Shown here in pieces: positions 12,575 through 24,215 of a stretch of 64,000 nt of DNA. The DNA lies in NCBI RefSeq assembly GCF_009914755.1, contig NC_060947.1. One strand, 5' to 3'. Each line of letters begins with the position of its first letter. Positions within the stretch are counted from its first letter, which is position 1. Both the position numbers and the translations under genes were made by a program. The stretch comes from the human T2T-CHM13v2.0 reference genome, Homo sapiens. Below the pieces are notes generated by a model, which was not told the origin of the DNA, searched no databases, and was given only the letters and a program-made list of their open reading frames with translations.

Positions 12575-12908
12575 TGTAAACCAAAGTTCTGTCAACAGGA
12601 ATTTGGAGGAAAGAGACTTTATCACAGTAAGCAGTTTACATGTTTAAAAGGAAGGTGCTTTCCAGGGAACAAAGGGATGGCTAGGGTTTTATAGAAAAAG
12701 TTTCCACTCAGGTTCCCAATAAGTTCTGATTATGCAAATGAGATTTGAAACTCGATTAGTTCTGATTGGCAGATGTAGCTGTGTTCTGATTGGTCAATAC
12801 AGACGACCCTGATTGGCCAAGGCAGATGAGTGCTGATTGGTCAGCTCAGGTGTGCTTCCATTGGTTGGTTCAGGTGAGCTCTGAAAGTCCCAGATTGAAA
12901 AAGGTGTG
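12575..12908 (-). mobile_element. ERV-type LTR, 3' portion only (family not identified)
   Basis: On the minus strand: tandem CCAAT boxes, ATTTGCAT, CTATAAAA, degenerate polyA-like GATAAAGTCTC, ending ...GTTTACA (LTR-type CA terminus) exactly at the MER58A break. Confidence 0.6.
12687..12864 (-). promoter_or_regulatory. Promoter-like array: 5x CCAAT, octamer, TATA
   Basis: ATTGG (+) at 12765, 12789, 12812, 12836 and 12860. ATGCAAAT at 12732-12739. TTTTATAG at 12687-12694. Activity unknown. Confidence 0.5.
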
Positions 12909-12944
12909 TAAATAGTATGGAGGCAGAAAAATGATTTTGGGACA

Positions 12945-13009
12945 TCAGTACATTTTCAAATAAATTCCTCAGGTGATTCTGATGTGCAGCCATGGTTGAG
13001 AAGAGCTGG
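12945..13009 (+). mobile_element. MER5-family 3' fragment
   Basis: caggtgattctgatgtgcagccatggttgagaagagctg resembles the MER5 terminus. Confidence 0.6.
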
Positions 13010-13384
13010 TCTAGAGCAGTGTTTTGTAGCTGCAGGTTTAGCCCAAGAGTTTGGAGCCACAAACTCTTAAGGGTTTCAATATACTCCATGGGAGAAAGCT
13101 GATATCCAAAACGGGTTTCTGAATCATTTTTAATAATGCTTAACTTAGCCTTCTTCAAGAGGCAGTGCACTGTAGGAGAGAGATTAGATGGGAGGATTGG
13201 TGTGGACAAAAAAGAAAATATTAATATAATACAAAAACATTTATTTCCTATGAGTACATGTCTATGTTTATAAATGCATAAAATGAAATCTGGCAGGCTG
13301 CACCTCAAATAGATAGCCGTGGTTACCCCCAGGGGACTAGAACTGGAGGGTTGGGGATGGGGTCAAGAAAGATTTGATTTCAGC

Positions 13385-13552
13385 CTGCTGAAATCCTGAC
13401 TCAGCCACTTACTAGGTGTGTTATCTTATTTCTTGGTGCCTCAGTTTCCTCATCAGGTTGTATGTGGGATTTAAATGATTTAAATACATGTTAAATATTC
13501 TTAGAGCTGTATCTGGTATGTAGTAAATGCTCAGTAAATGTCATTATTATTA
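13385..13552 (+). mobile_element. MIR
   Basis: gccacttactaggtgtg...gcctcagtttcctcatc...atgctcagtaaatgtcattatt. Confidence 0.75.
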
Positions 13553-13944
13553 AGGATGGCTTGGAAAGTATTAATATGAAGCATTATATTGGTAGTTATC
13601 AACCTTTTTCCTGCCTCCATACCATTTAAGTGGGTAACTAGACTCTTTGAAGATACTGATTATCACCTAGCAGACGTACTCATCCCTTCTGGAAGAATAA
13701 CTCTCTAGAGATTCTGATATGCATTCCAAGTCAGTATGATCTTCTGTCTAAATGAATACAATTATGTTTTCATTCATTGTTGAGCAGAAATCAACCTTTT
13801 CTCACAGAGATATTGCAGAGTTTGATTTGTGGAAATAGGAACAAAGTGATGTAATTATGAGGCTTTATACAGAAAAAGTCCCTACAACTAACATTGTATT
13901 ACTTCTCTGACATACAAATAGATCTTCAAAGAAAGGTTAACTGT

Positions 13945-14084
13945 TTGGAGCACAGCAGCTCACACCTGTAGTCCCAGCATTTTGGGAGGCTGAGGCAGCA
14001 GGATTGCTTGAGCCCAGGAGTTTGAGACCAGCCTGGGCAAAGTATCAAGACCTTGTCTTTACTAAAAATAAAAAAAAAAGAAAA
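13945..14084 (+). mobile_element. FLAM_C-like free left Alu monomer
   Basis: Single monomer plus A tail. TSD aaagaaag(g/a)ttaactgt at 13928-13944 and 14085-14101. Confidence 0.85.
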
Positions 14085-14382
14085 AAAGAAAGATTAACTG
14101 TATGCCACCAAAAGGAATATTGAACCACAGCATTACCTCTTATTTACAACATGTGGTAGTATGTAAAATACTCTGAATCCCCAAGTCCAAGCACTATGAA
14201 TTATATGGTATCTGTCATGGATCTTTCAAAAAATGAACAGTCTCATCATCTTTCACTTTCTTTTTATAGGTATTATATTTACCTTCTAAATTATGACCTA
14301 TTTATATGAATATTAAAATGAGTTTGTCATTTTGACTGGTGAGAGAAACCAGGAATTTATTTGGTATAAATGAAAACATGTC

Positions 14383-14743
<361 letters not shown>

Positions 14744-15869
14744 TTAAAATGATCTGTAAATAATGTGGGGAAGTGAGAGAGGGCATAGATTTGGGGGTGT
14801 GACCAACAAGGTAGTAGCTTTACCAGAGAATTCAGAGGAAAGAATAAGAGTCCGTGCGTTTTAGTAAAAGCACACTCACGTGAAACTTGGCTTCTGGTCC
14901 CATTTATCACTGACTTTGGATTCATCAGTTAACCTCTCTGGGCCTCATTTTTCTCCTCCATAATTTGACAAGGCTGGGCTCAGTGAGTTCAAAGGTCTCT
15001 TTGGCCTGAATATTCTATTAATTAATTGTTAATAGCAGTGTCCATAGCCATGGAGTTCCGCCTGGGGCCTTCCTCTGAGGCAATCATCTATGGTATTTGA
15101 AGGAGAAAAAATGTTCTCTGACGAACCCTCACCCGTACGTGGAGACAAATTAAATTCTGAATATGTCGGTTTTCATTGAAATGTCATCTGTAGATTGACT
15201 GCTAAACAAAGGCCTTTTGACACGTCCCTGCATTAGCTGGTAACGGTAAGCTTTGGGAATGTTTTCTAATATGGCAGTACATTGGGCTTCTTTCTTCGGA
15301 ATTAACTTCACCAGAATGGCTCTATCAGCTGTCAGAGAAGACGCCTGTAGGTGACTGCAGCTCTTGCATCAGGTATACTTGTTTGTGAAACAATCTCCAG
15401 GGAAACCATACCCTCACACTCTTCTTCACTTCCTTTGAACCTCCTGCTATTGCTGTTACTGTTTTCTAAAAAAGTAAAAATTGAAAAAAAAACTGATTCG
15501 GATATGGGTTCTGCTTGCTGGACAGTGATGACTGAGAGAAGGCATGGGGCGTCTGGCTGGCACGAGTTCCTTCTTCACACTCCGTGTTGTGAATCTGCTT
15601 TTGCCCAATGTCTCTCCATTGTGGTGGTGACTCCAGCTAAAATGGATTGAGCTAAAATATGAGCATTGTGCTGATATTTGGTAGCATTCTTCATTGAGGT
15701 CTCTGTTTTTCTTACTAAGGATAAATCTGAGCCAGCTTTAACCAAGTGTTTGCTTTGCTTCAGTCAAAGCTTAAAAAAAACCCAACTAATTCTGTCAATT
15801 GCAAAAGTAAGGCTCATGATAAGCCAGCAAAATAGTGATCACTAGTTTAGTGAAGAACAAAAGTAACAA

Positions 15870-16050
15870 CTATCACTTCCCATTTATAGCATATCTGTAT
15901 CATCATTTTATTATGCTTTTTGGACCAATTGTATAAACAGGCTATGATGCCTCCACTTTATTAGAATATCAGTAAGTTCAGTGACTTGCCCAAGTCCTGC
16001 TAGTTAATGACTGAGCTGAGACTCGAATCCTAGCCTTTGGGCTGTAAGCC
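15870..16050 (-). mobile_element. MIR (diverged)
   Basis: aagttcagtgacttgcccaag...gagctgagactcgaatcctag. Confidence 0.6.
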
Positions 16051-16473
16051 TACTGATTGATAAGAGTGGCTCCAGCCCTGCTCCTCTATACTCTTTCTAG
16101 AATACTGTGGTTGGGAATAGGGTGGTGAGCATGGCCTACCCAGGTTTAGGCCACAAGGAGATGCATTGTGGAGAATCCAGAAACAATAATAAAATGTATT
16201 CTAAGTGATACTGCTTTTTTTTTAAATCATCACTATGCCTCAATAATTCTAAACAATTTCAGTAATAAAATAATTCTCCCTATTTGGACAAACCACTCTC
16301 ATCACTCCTTCCTGAGAGATAAGACTCCTCAGGTTTTCCATCCAATGACATTTTCTGGCTTCCTACTCACCTCACCCTCAAATGAAGCCAGAGATGCTGC
16401 ATAAGGCCAGAAGGAAAGACAGGAAACCAGCCAGCAGGCTTTGGACTCAAAAAGCCCCTCCTCAGTAGGGTAC

Positions 16474-16600
16474 TGAATCAATTAGCAAGTGCTTATTGAA
16501 CACCGATTCCATGCTCAGCACTGGGCCAAGAGCTTGAGGGGGAAAGAGCAGTCAAGCATGGTCTCTACTTCAAGGAGCACACAGTTACCTTGATGAGATA
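16474..16600 (-). mobile_element. L2 3' fragment
   Basis: gcaagtgcttattgaacacc...cagcactgggc...tctctacttcaaggagcacacagt. Confidence 0.6.
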
Positions 16601-16734
16601 AGACCTAGGGGAAGCAGCTATAGTTCACACTTGGCACAGCAAATAATTAAGAATGTGATAGGGCAGATTGTACATTGACTTTATTCCTCCAAGGATGGAT
16701 CTTGATTTGGCATCATCATTTCTCCATCATTCTC

Positions 16735-16888
16735 TAGCTCTATCTTCTTGAGCAAGTATCCTAGCCTCTCCATGTCTCTGTTTCCTCATCTACAAAAATT
16801 GGTGGTGATAACAGTACTATAATACTAGCATTATTACTCCTTGAGGATTAATTGAGAGAGGAAGTGTTCAGTAGATTTTAGTTATTAT
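16735..16888 (+). mobile_element. MIR fragment
   Basis: ttgagcaagt...ctgtttcctcatctacaaaa...tgaggattaattgag. Confidence 0.6.
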
Positions 16889-17007
16889 TCATTCATCGAA
16901 CTTTTAGTGAGTGTCTACTGTTTGCCACGGCACTGTGCTAGTTGGAAATATGGCCAGCACCCAAAGAGTTTCGGTGATTCATTCATTGTCACCTAGAGTT
17001 TCAAGGC

Positions 17008-17270
17008 TGTATAGTGTAATGGCTTAGAGCACAGGCTGTGTCTGAAACCATATCATCTAGGGTCAAATGCAACCTCTGTCATCTCCTGCTTATGTGATTT
17101 TGCGTGAGTTCTCTAATCTCTGTGTGCTTCATTTCCCTCACCTGCAAAACAGCAATCATAATAGTACATATCTCATAGAACTATTGTGAAGATTAAAATA
17201 ATTAATAGATACTAAGTACTTAGAATACTGTCTGGAACATAGTAAGCATAAATTTTAGCAATTACTATTA
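17008..17270 (+). mobile_element. MIR, full length
   Basis: tatagtgtaatggcttagagcacaggct...ttgtgaagattaaa...tagaatactgtctggaacatagtaagc. Confidence 0.85.
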
Positions 17271-17762
17271 CTACTGTTTGCTCCCTCACCAGAACTAATA
17301 ACATTAATTTGGAGGTTGGTAAGAGGTTCCTAAATCAGTTAGAGAAATGGTTGAAACTTAAGTGATATTAACCTTTTGGCTGCACTCTGCTTACAGCAAT
17401 ACCGTGATTATCCAGAATGGGGCATTCTGCTGAGCTTAATTTTCTAGTTAATTAACCAGGAGTTGAGTAGAACACCCTATTTATTTCATTCCTTTTGTTT
17501 GGAAATCATTCTGAAGTGTCCCTAGCTTCTTACCCACTTTAGTAAATAAGGTTTAGTGGCTGTCCCTCCAAGTCTGCAGTGGAGGCAAAGGATCTATCCA
17601 AGGTTCTGGGTTTGATTTTAGCTAGTCTAATTTGGACTGCAGGGAGCATCATGGCCCCTGATGCCAGCAGAATCCTTGGGGTTTCTAGTTTTCTGTTTAG
17701 GCTTCACTAAGGACTACTTTTCATGGTTTTAGTAACCTACAGTGCCAGGACAAAGTCAATGA

Positions 17763-18064
<302 letters not shown>

Positions 18065-18348
18065 GACTTTATAATTTTTTATGTCCCTAAAGGAGGAACT
18101 CAGTTGAAGGTTATTCTGACTATTTCTAAAAGCAAGGGCTAGGCAGCTATGTGTTGTTTGTATGGGGCATAAAATGACTTTTTGGAAAATGTTGAGTCTT
18201 GGGCAGCAGTAGAGAGAACATTCTGTCTAGGCAAAGGATACCTCACAAGAAGTTCAAAATGGTCCTTCTGCTTCCCATATCTGTCCTACCAGCCTTAGCA
18301 ACCTGCACACGACCTGTAAGTCCCACCAGTAGAATCGCCCTCCAGAGA

Positions 18349-18525
18349 AATGCTGTCCAATAAAAACTACTGTGGTCATGGAAATATCCTATATTTGTAA
18401 TATATGGTAGCCACTGGGCACATATGACTTTTGAGCACTTAAAAACCAAAATTTTTAACTGTATTTAATTTCTCTTAATTTAAATTAAAATAACCACTGG
18501 TGTCATTTAGTGGCTACTGTTATCA
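18349..18525 (+). mobile_element. MER3-like hAT-Charlie MITE
   Basis: tgctgtccaata...tggtagccact...ttgagcactt...tagtggctactgt. Confidence 0.65.
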
Positions 18526-18546
18526 GGTGTTTTAAGTAAATGTTTA

Positions 18547-18839
18547 GGCCAGGTACAGTGGCTCACACATATAATCCTAATACTTTGGGAGGCTAAGGTG
18601 GGAGAATCGCTTGGAGCTGGAATTTTGAGACCATTCTGGGCAACACAGTGATATCCCGTCTCTACAAAAAATAAAAAAATTAGTTGGGCCATGGTGGTGT
18701 GCACCTATAGTCCTAGCTACTTGGGAATCTGAGACAGAAAGATTGCTTGAGCCTAGGAGTTTGAGGCTGCAGTGACCTAAGATTGCTCCACCCTGGGTGA
18801 CAGAGCAAGATCGTGTCTCAAAAAAAAAAAAAAAAAAAA
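18547..18839 (+). mobile_element. AluJ
   Basis: Dimer with gattgcttgagcctaggagtttgaggctgcagtga and a poly-A tail; degenerate TSD (atgttta). Confidence 0.9.
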
Positions 18840-20077
18840 GGTATGTTTACTTTTTTTTTCCCCTAAGGACACTGAAGGTTCCTGTTCCAGGAATGATCTC
18901 TGGGGGAAAAAGCATTACGTTTTTTTTCCTTTGTTCATAACTGAGTGGTGTACACATTGGTTTATTTGTCCTTATCTCATAAGAGGACCAAACATGAGAT
19001 GGTATGAACTATTGAGAAATCAGGGTTATGAATGTTTAAATGGTGAAGAGACTCCAGGCTTGGAGAACTCACAAAGAGGACAGGCAGGAGTGTACCATTA
19101 AAGGGGCAGGGTGGGAGCTTCATGTTAGGTGCTAAAAAGGACATGGCAAGAGCAGAATCAAATTTGTCCTAATTTCTGCTGTTTAGGGCTGATACAGACT
19201 TAAGGAGACAGAATGGGAGTGGAGATGAGGACTTGGGAAGTGAGCTTGGAGTCATGACTACCTCTTCAATGAACTAGCTTCCTTTCCTCACCCTGGCCTA
19301 CGTACAGGGGGCTTGTCTGGAGAAGACTAGTCCTGTGGTAGAAAGGTTAAGACTGTGTCCCAAAATGCCAACTTTGGTGAGTCGCAGGCAAAGGGGCTGA
19401 AGGAAAGAGGGCAGAGGATGGCTTTGTAAAAGATTCATTCCTTGAGAGACTTTCACTAACCTGCCCATGGAGGTGAAATCCAGCAACTTCTCTTCGGTGG
19501 ATGTCCTTAGTACTTAGATGAAATGCCAATCAGGAAACAACTGCTTCTCTCTGGGATCCCTGAGGCTTCTGCCGGCCAGACTGCTCATGGACAAGCCAGC
19601 CTGTTCAGCAAACAACTGAATGATTTCCTTATTATTCGGAAGTGTGGTGCATCGGACATACAGTAGCTATCATGGTGAAACAATTGCCGTTTCAAATGTA
19701 CTTGAAACCGAATGAGCTGCTGCAGACAGCATTAGCAGTGCCCAGACTCTTGGATGGGGCTTGTTTTACTGGAGACCATCAGTTTTTAGTGGTTTAATTT
19801 TTCTCTGATCCAGTTTAAGTGTTTGACATTAAAGAAGTTTTATGCTTTCAAGATTTACCCTGGAAAAGATCAACAACCCCACAGTGAAAGTTAATCGTCA
19901 GTGTCAAGCACTAATCACATTCCTGAAGGGGGGTAAGCACCAAGGTATTGGGAATCTGGAGCTGGTGAAAGACAGTTTCCTCCTCGTCGGAACCAAGTGT
20001 TGAATGTTGAATGAAGGACAGGGAAGTGTTTGGACTATTTGTGAAGGAGAGAACAGGGTTCCATGGGTTAGAACACT

Positions 20078-20117
20078 CATCAGGGCACTCAGGGCACATC
20101 AGGGCACATCAGGACAC
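20078..20117. repeat. Short tandem repeat, unit about catcagggca, about 4 copies
   Basis: catcagggcactcagggcacatcagggcacatcaggacac. Confidence 0.8.
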
Positions 20118-21714
20118 TGCCAGATGCTTTCCTACTGAGAGGCCTTGGAGTTTATCTTTAAAGCACATCTGCCCAGTGATATTCACACACTAAAGGTACT
20201 GGGAGGAAGGCTTACTTAGAGAACCAGCTGGGGATGTAGAGGACTTTATTGAGATCCAAATTTGAACATAGGCATGGACAAATATCCGACATAGGTTATA
20301 GAATGTTTGAAATTAGGCCTATTCTGGAAATTTTCAGAGTCATGATGGATTCTGCTGTGGATTACGCTCTCCTGCCAAAAAGGAAATTCCATTTTGCAAG
20401 CCACCTGCTCTGTTTTGTTGTGAAGGGTAAGGGAGGGGCTACTACCTCTCTGCTTCTTCCATGTAATTCGTAAGAACAAGGCAGAACCAACAGGCAGTCT
20501 TCCATCTAAGATCTGCAGGGCACAGATCAATGTTACAAATGGAGGCATCTGGCCTGTGGCCTACTCACCCACTGCCCTCTCATATTCCTACCCTTGACTC
20601 TCTTCTCTTATCCCTGGCTCTCTTTCCACACTACAAGAAGGTTCAAGCACATGGACATGCCAGCCTACACGTCCAAGCTCTATCTAGCACTCTAATGTCC
20701 AAAACAACTGGCCATTGGTCACCCAACAAGGTAGGGCTTGTACACCTGTGGCACTGCGTACCCCTAGAGGGATAACTCCCAGCAAGAGTCCTGCACAACT
20801 ACCTTCCCATCTGTAGTCTTCATGCTGTTTGAGCAGAAAATTCTGGGGTTCATTTACCTAAATTTTGTTCTAGAAGCTGAGGATCTGAACTCAAAATGTG
20901 CATGTCCCTGAGGCCCCATGGCCCACTTTGGGGGGAGAGTTGCAACCATAGGAGAGTCAGAGCAGGGCCCTTCAAAGTGTGGGCCTCAGGGCAGCGCCTC
21001 TTGCCTGGGTTAACCTGACACCAGTATGCACAATTTAAAAATGTGGCGTTCCACTGGCCATCTTTGGTCAGAAACTCCAACAGTCAGTGATGAAGTGCTA
21101 TGAAAATAACTTCAGTGAGCTGATAAAGGGGTGGATACCAAGGACCAGCTGAAGTGATGACCGTCCACTCCTGCTGCTTAGCATGCAGCCATTCCTGTGC
21201 AGCTGAGCACTATGAGGACGAGACTCTAGAACTCATAGATAGTTAGCTGGGTGTAGGCAGCTTAAATGCAGTGAGGCGTGAATAGGCCTTGATAGCCATA
21301 GGTTTCAGGTGTCGATGCATGAGAAAGTACTGGATACACAGTATAAAGTTGTGTCCAACTATGGAGTTTGCTTCATGGAGCTCTCCTGGGCACCATTCCT
21401 AGTAACAGAGCAATTATTGGCATTACTGGTGAGAGGAGGTATCCCAGGAGTTGACATTTTGCCCTTGTCATTTTGAAGTAGCAGCCTCCAAAGAGCTGTA
21501 TGTCTGCACAGCCTAGGGGCCCTTTCTGGCTGTGCTGGTCATTGGTGAACTGGAGAGCTCAGGAGCCACATTATCCGTGCCCCCATCCACTCCTGTGTCC
21601 TGCTTGTGCATTGTGCCTGTCTTCAGGCAGCCAGACAGCTTGTCTGCCCTAGGTGTTCTCCTGAGAAAAACCCATGGATATTTCATTAGATAATACCACT
21701 GATAAGAGTGGCTG

Positions 21715-21945
21715 CCATTCAGTGGTTTTGATTTGCCAGACTGTGCTAAGTGATTGACATGCGACTTACTGAATTCTCACATCAGCACTGTGAAAGATTT
21801 GTTCTCATCCCCATTTCCTAAATGAGCAAGTTGAGGTTGAAAGAGGTTAAGTAATTTGCTCTAAGTGACAGGTAGTAAGTGACAGAGACAATATATAGAC
21901 TCAGATCTGCTTGACTTGAAGGCCTAAGTCCCTAACCGGAACCCT
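21715..21945 (-). mobile_element. MIR
   Basis: atccccatttcctaaatgagcaagttgagg...gaggttaagtaatttgctctaag. Confidence 0.75.
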
Positions 21946-22334
21946 AACCTCCCAGCTATTCTCTCCCTTATCCAGGCCTGGTGTCTCTGCATAGAATTAA
22001 TAGTGAACTTCTCCCAACTTGTTACTTAGGGTTCACGCTAAACGTACCCGTGTAGTCAATTCTTACTGCATGCACAGTCCACTATGCTGCGGTGGAAGCT
22101 CAGAGAGTAAGGCAGGGATGTGAAGGCACGCACAGCGGACAGTGGCCACAGCTGAGTGAGTTACATTAGGTAAAGGACAACCTCAACCTCATCGCATTTC
22201 TATCTCCTTGACAGGGCAAATAATTAAGCTAAACTTTACCCTCTGTGCTTGGCAAAATCCTTTTTCTGTCTCCTATACCATCCCTGCCTCACAGAGGACC
22301 AGGGCCTACCTGAATGGAAGGGAAGAATGCTGTT

Positions 22335-22560
22335 GACAGTGTAGGTGGAAGCTGGATTTCAGTCCCAGCTCTGTGACTTGCAAGCTCTGTGACCTTGAAA
22401 AATTTACTTAATCTCTTTATGCTTCAGTTTCCACATATGTCAAATGGAGATCATAATGGTATCCATCTCATGGGATTGTTGTGAGTATTAAATGAAATAT
22501 GCATGTGACAGTGGGTCTGGCATATAGTAGGCACTCAAGATTTGTTGGCTATAACTAATA
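22335..22560 (+). mobile_element. MIR
   Basis: cccagctctgtgactt...tgtgaccttg...ttgttgtgagtattaaatga...ctggcatatagtaggcactcaa. Confidence 0.85.
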
Positions 22561-22702
22561 TTAGCTCTGTTTAGAAACCTGATGACATCCAAGCAACCAC
22601 CAAAAATACTTATCTCAAAGCCCTTTCCAAAAGGAAGAATACACCAATATTCATAGAATTTAGTTAATCTACTTTTGAAGATACACACACACATACACAC
22701 AT

Positions 22703-22774
22703 ACACAGACTCACACTGTGTCACTTAATTTTAATCGCACACACAGATTCACACTGTATTACTTAATTTTAATC
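22703..22774. repeat. Tandem duplication of a 34-bp unit (period 38)
   Basis: acacagactcacactgtgtcacttaattttaatc vs acacagattcacactgtattacttaattttaatc, 31/34 identical. Confidence 0.9.
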
Positions 22775-22885
22775 AAAGGCTGTACAATTTGAAAGCTCTG
22801 AGTTTTGCTGTAACATGCAAAGTTATAAAAGGGAGAGGAAATGTATGACTTAAGTATAAATACCGGGTAGGCACGTGATACGTGA

Positions 22886-23214
<329 letters not shown>

Positions 23215-23357
23215 AAACGGTCTTTTTTTTTTTTTTTTTTTTTTTTTCCGTAAGTATCAAGGATGTATGCTTTTTTTTTTTAAACGAAGAAAATACCATT
23301 TTTGAAAATAATAGACTGTTATTTGAAACTATAGTTTAATTCTAAAATGCTTCTCCT

Positions 23358-23623
23358 GGCTGGGTGCACTGGCTCACACCTTGTGATCCCAACAATTTGG
23401 GAAGCTGAGGTGGTAGGATCACTTGAGCTCAGGAGTTCAAGACCAGCCTGAGCAACATAGTGAGACCTCCTCTCTACAAAAAATACAAAAGAAATTAGCT
23501 GGGAGCTATGGTGCATGCTTGTGGCCCCAGCTACTCTGGAGGTTGAGTCAGGAGGATTGTTTTAGCTCCAGAGTTCGAGGCTGGAGTGAGTTGAGATAGT
23601 ACAAAGTGAGACCCTGTCTCAAA

Positions 23624-23663
<40 letters not shown>
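23358..23663 (+). mobile_element. AluJ with (TAAA)n tail
   Basis: J-type arms. TSD taaaatg(c/g)ttctc. Confidence 0.9.
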
Positions 23664-23666
<3 letters not shown>

Positions 23667-24004
23667 AATGGTTCTCAGTTACCAACTCAACAAGGTCTGG
23701 GGATAGGGCCTGGATCCTAAATTGCATTTAAGTGAGGGATGGATAGTCTGGATCTCCTGTCCAAGCTGAGTAATGAACTCATTCATTCATTAGAGACTTC
23801 AATATATTTCTTTGGTCAGAACTAAATACTTATCTGACCTAAGCTCTCCTGCTTTCACTGCAATCATTAGTACTGTCAGGGAGCAAGTGCATTTTTTGAG
23901 TTTCCACAAGAATGAGTGATTTTTCAATCTTTCATCAGGTGCCAACTCTTATTCAATAGGTTCATTTGCAGAATCTATCCAATGATAGTGCTAAGAAACT
24001 GAGA

Positions 24005-24215
24005 CAGTATTTACTACATGCCAAACGCTGTCTAAGAAGCAGTTTACATCCATCAACACAATTACTTTTCATAGCAACCCATTTAGTTTTCCAGAAGAAG
24101 AAACTAAGGCCATAAGTAAAATAAATTGCTCAGAGCCACACAGGTGATAATGAGGTGACATTCAAACACAGGTATTCTGGTTCCAGAGTTTGTGCTCCTA
24201 AAATACTACACTATT
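24005..24215 (-). mobile_element. MIR (diverged)
   Basis: gaagaaactaaggcc...aaattgctcagagccacacag...attcaaacacaggtattctggttccaga. Confidence 0.65.

Noticed and set aside
12765-12864. Regularly spaced CTGATTGG repeats, and the 23-bp triplet at 63791, as CRISPR-like arrays
   Set aside because: The conserved core is only 5-8 bp (or there are no spacers at all), the context is primate, and there are no cas-like ORFs. LTR U3 repeats and a minisatellite explain them.
12841-13308. 155-aa minus-strand ORF
   Set aside because: It crosses LTR, MER5 and unique DNA, has no recognisable domain and no splice or promoter support.
21088-21153. Box C (gtgatga) and box D (ctga) arrangement suggesting a C/D snoRNA
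   Set aside because: No terminal stem and no recognisable rRNA or snRNA guide; the motifs are short and common.
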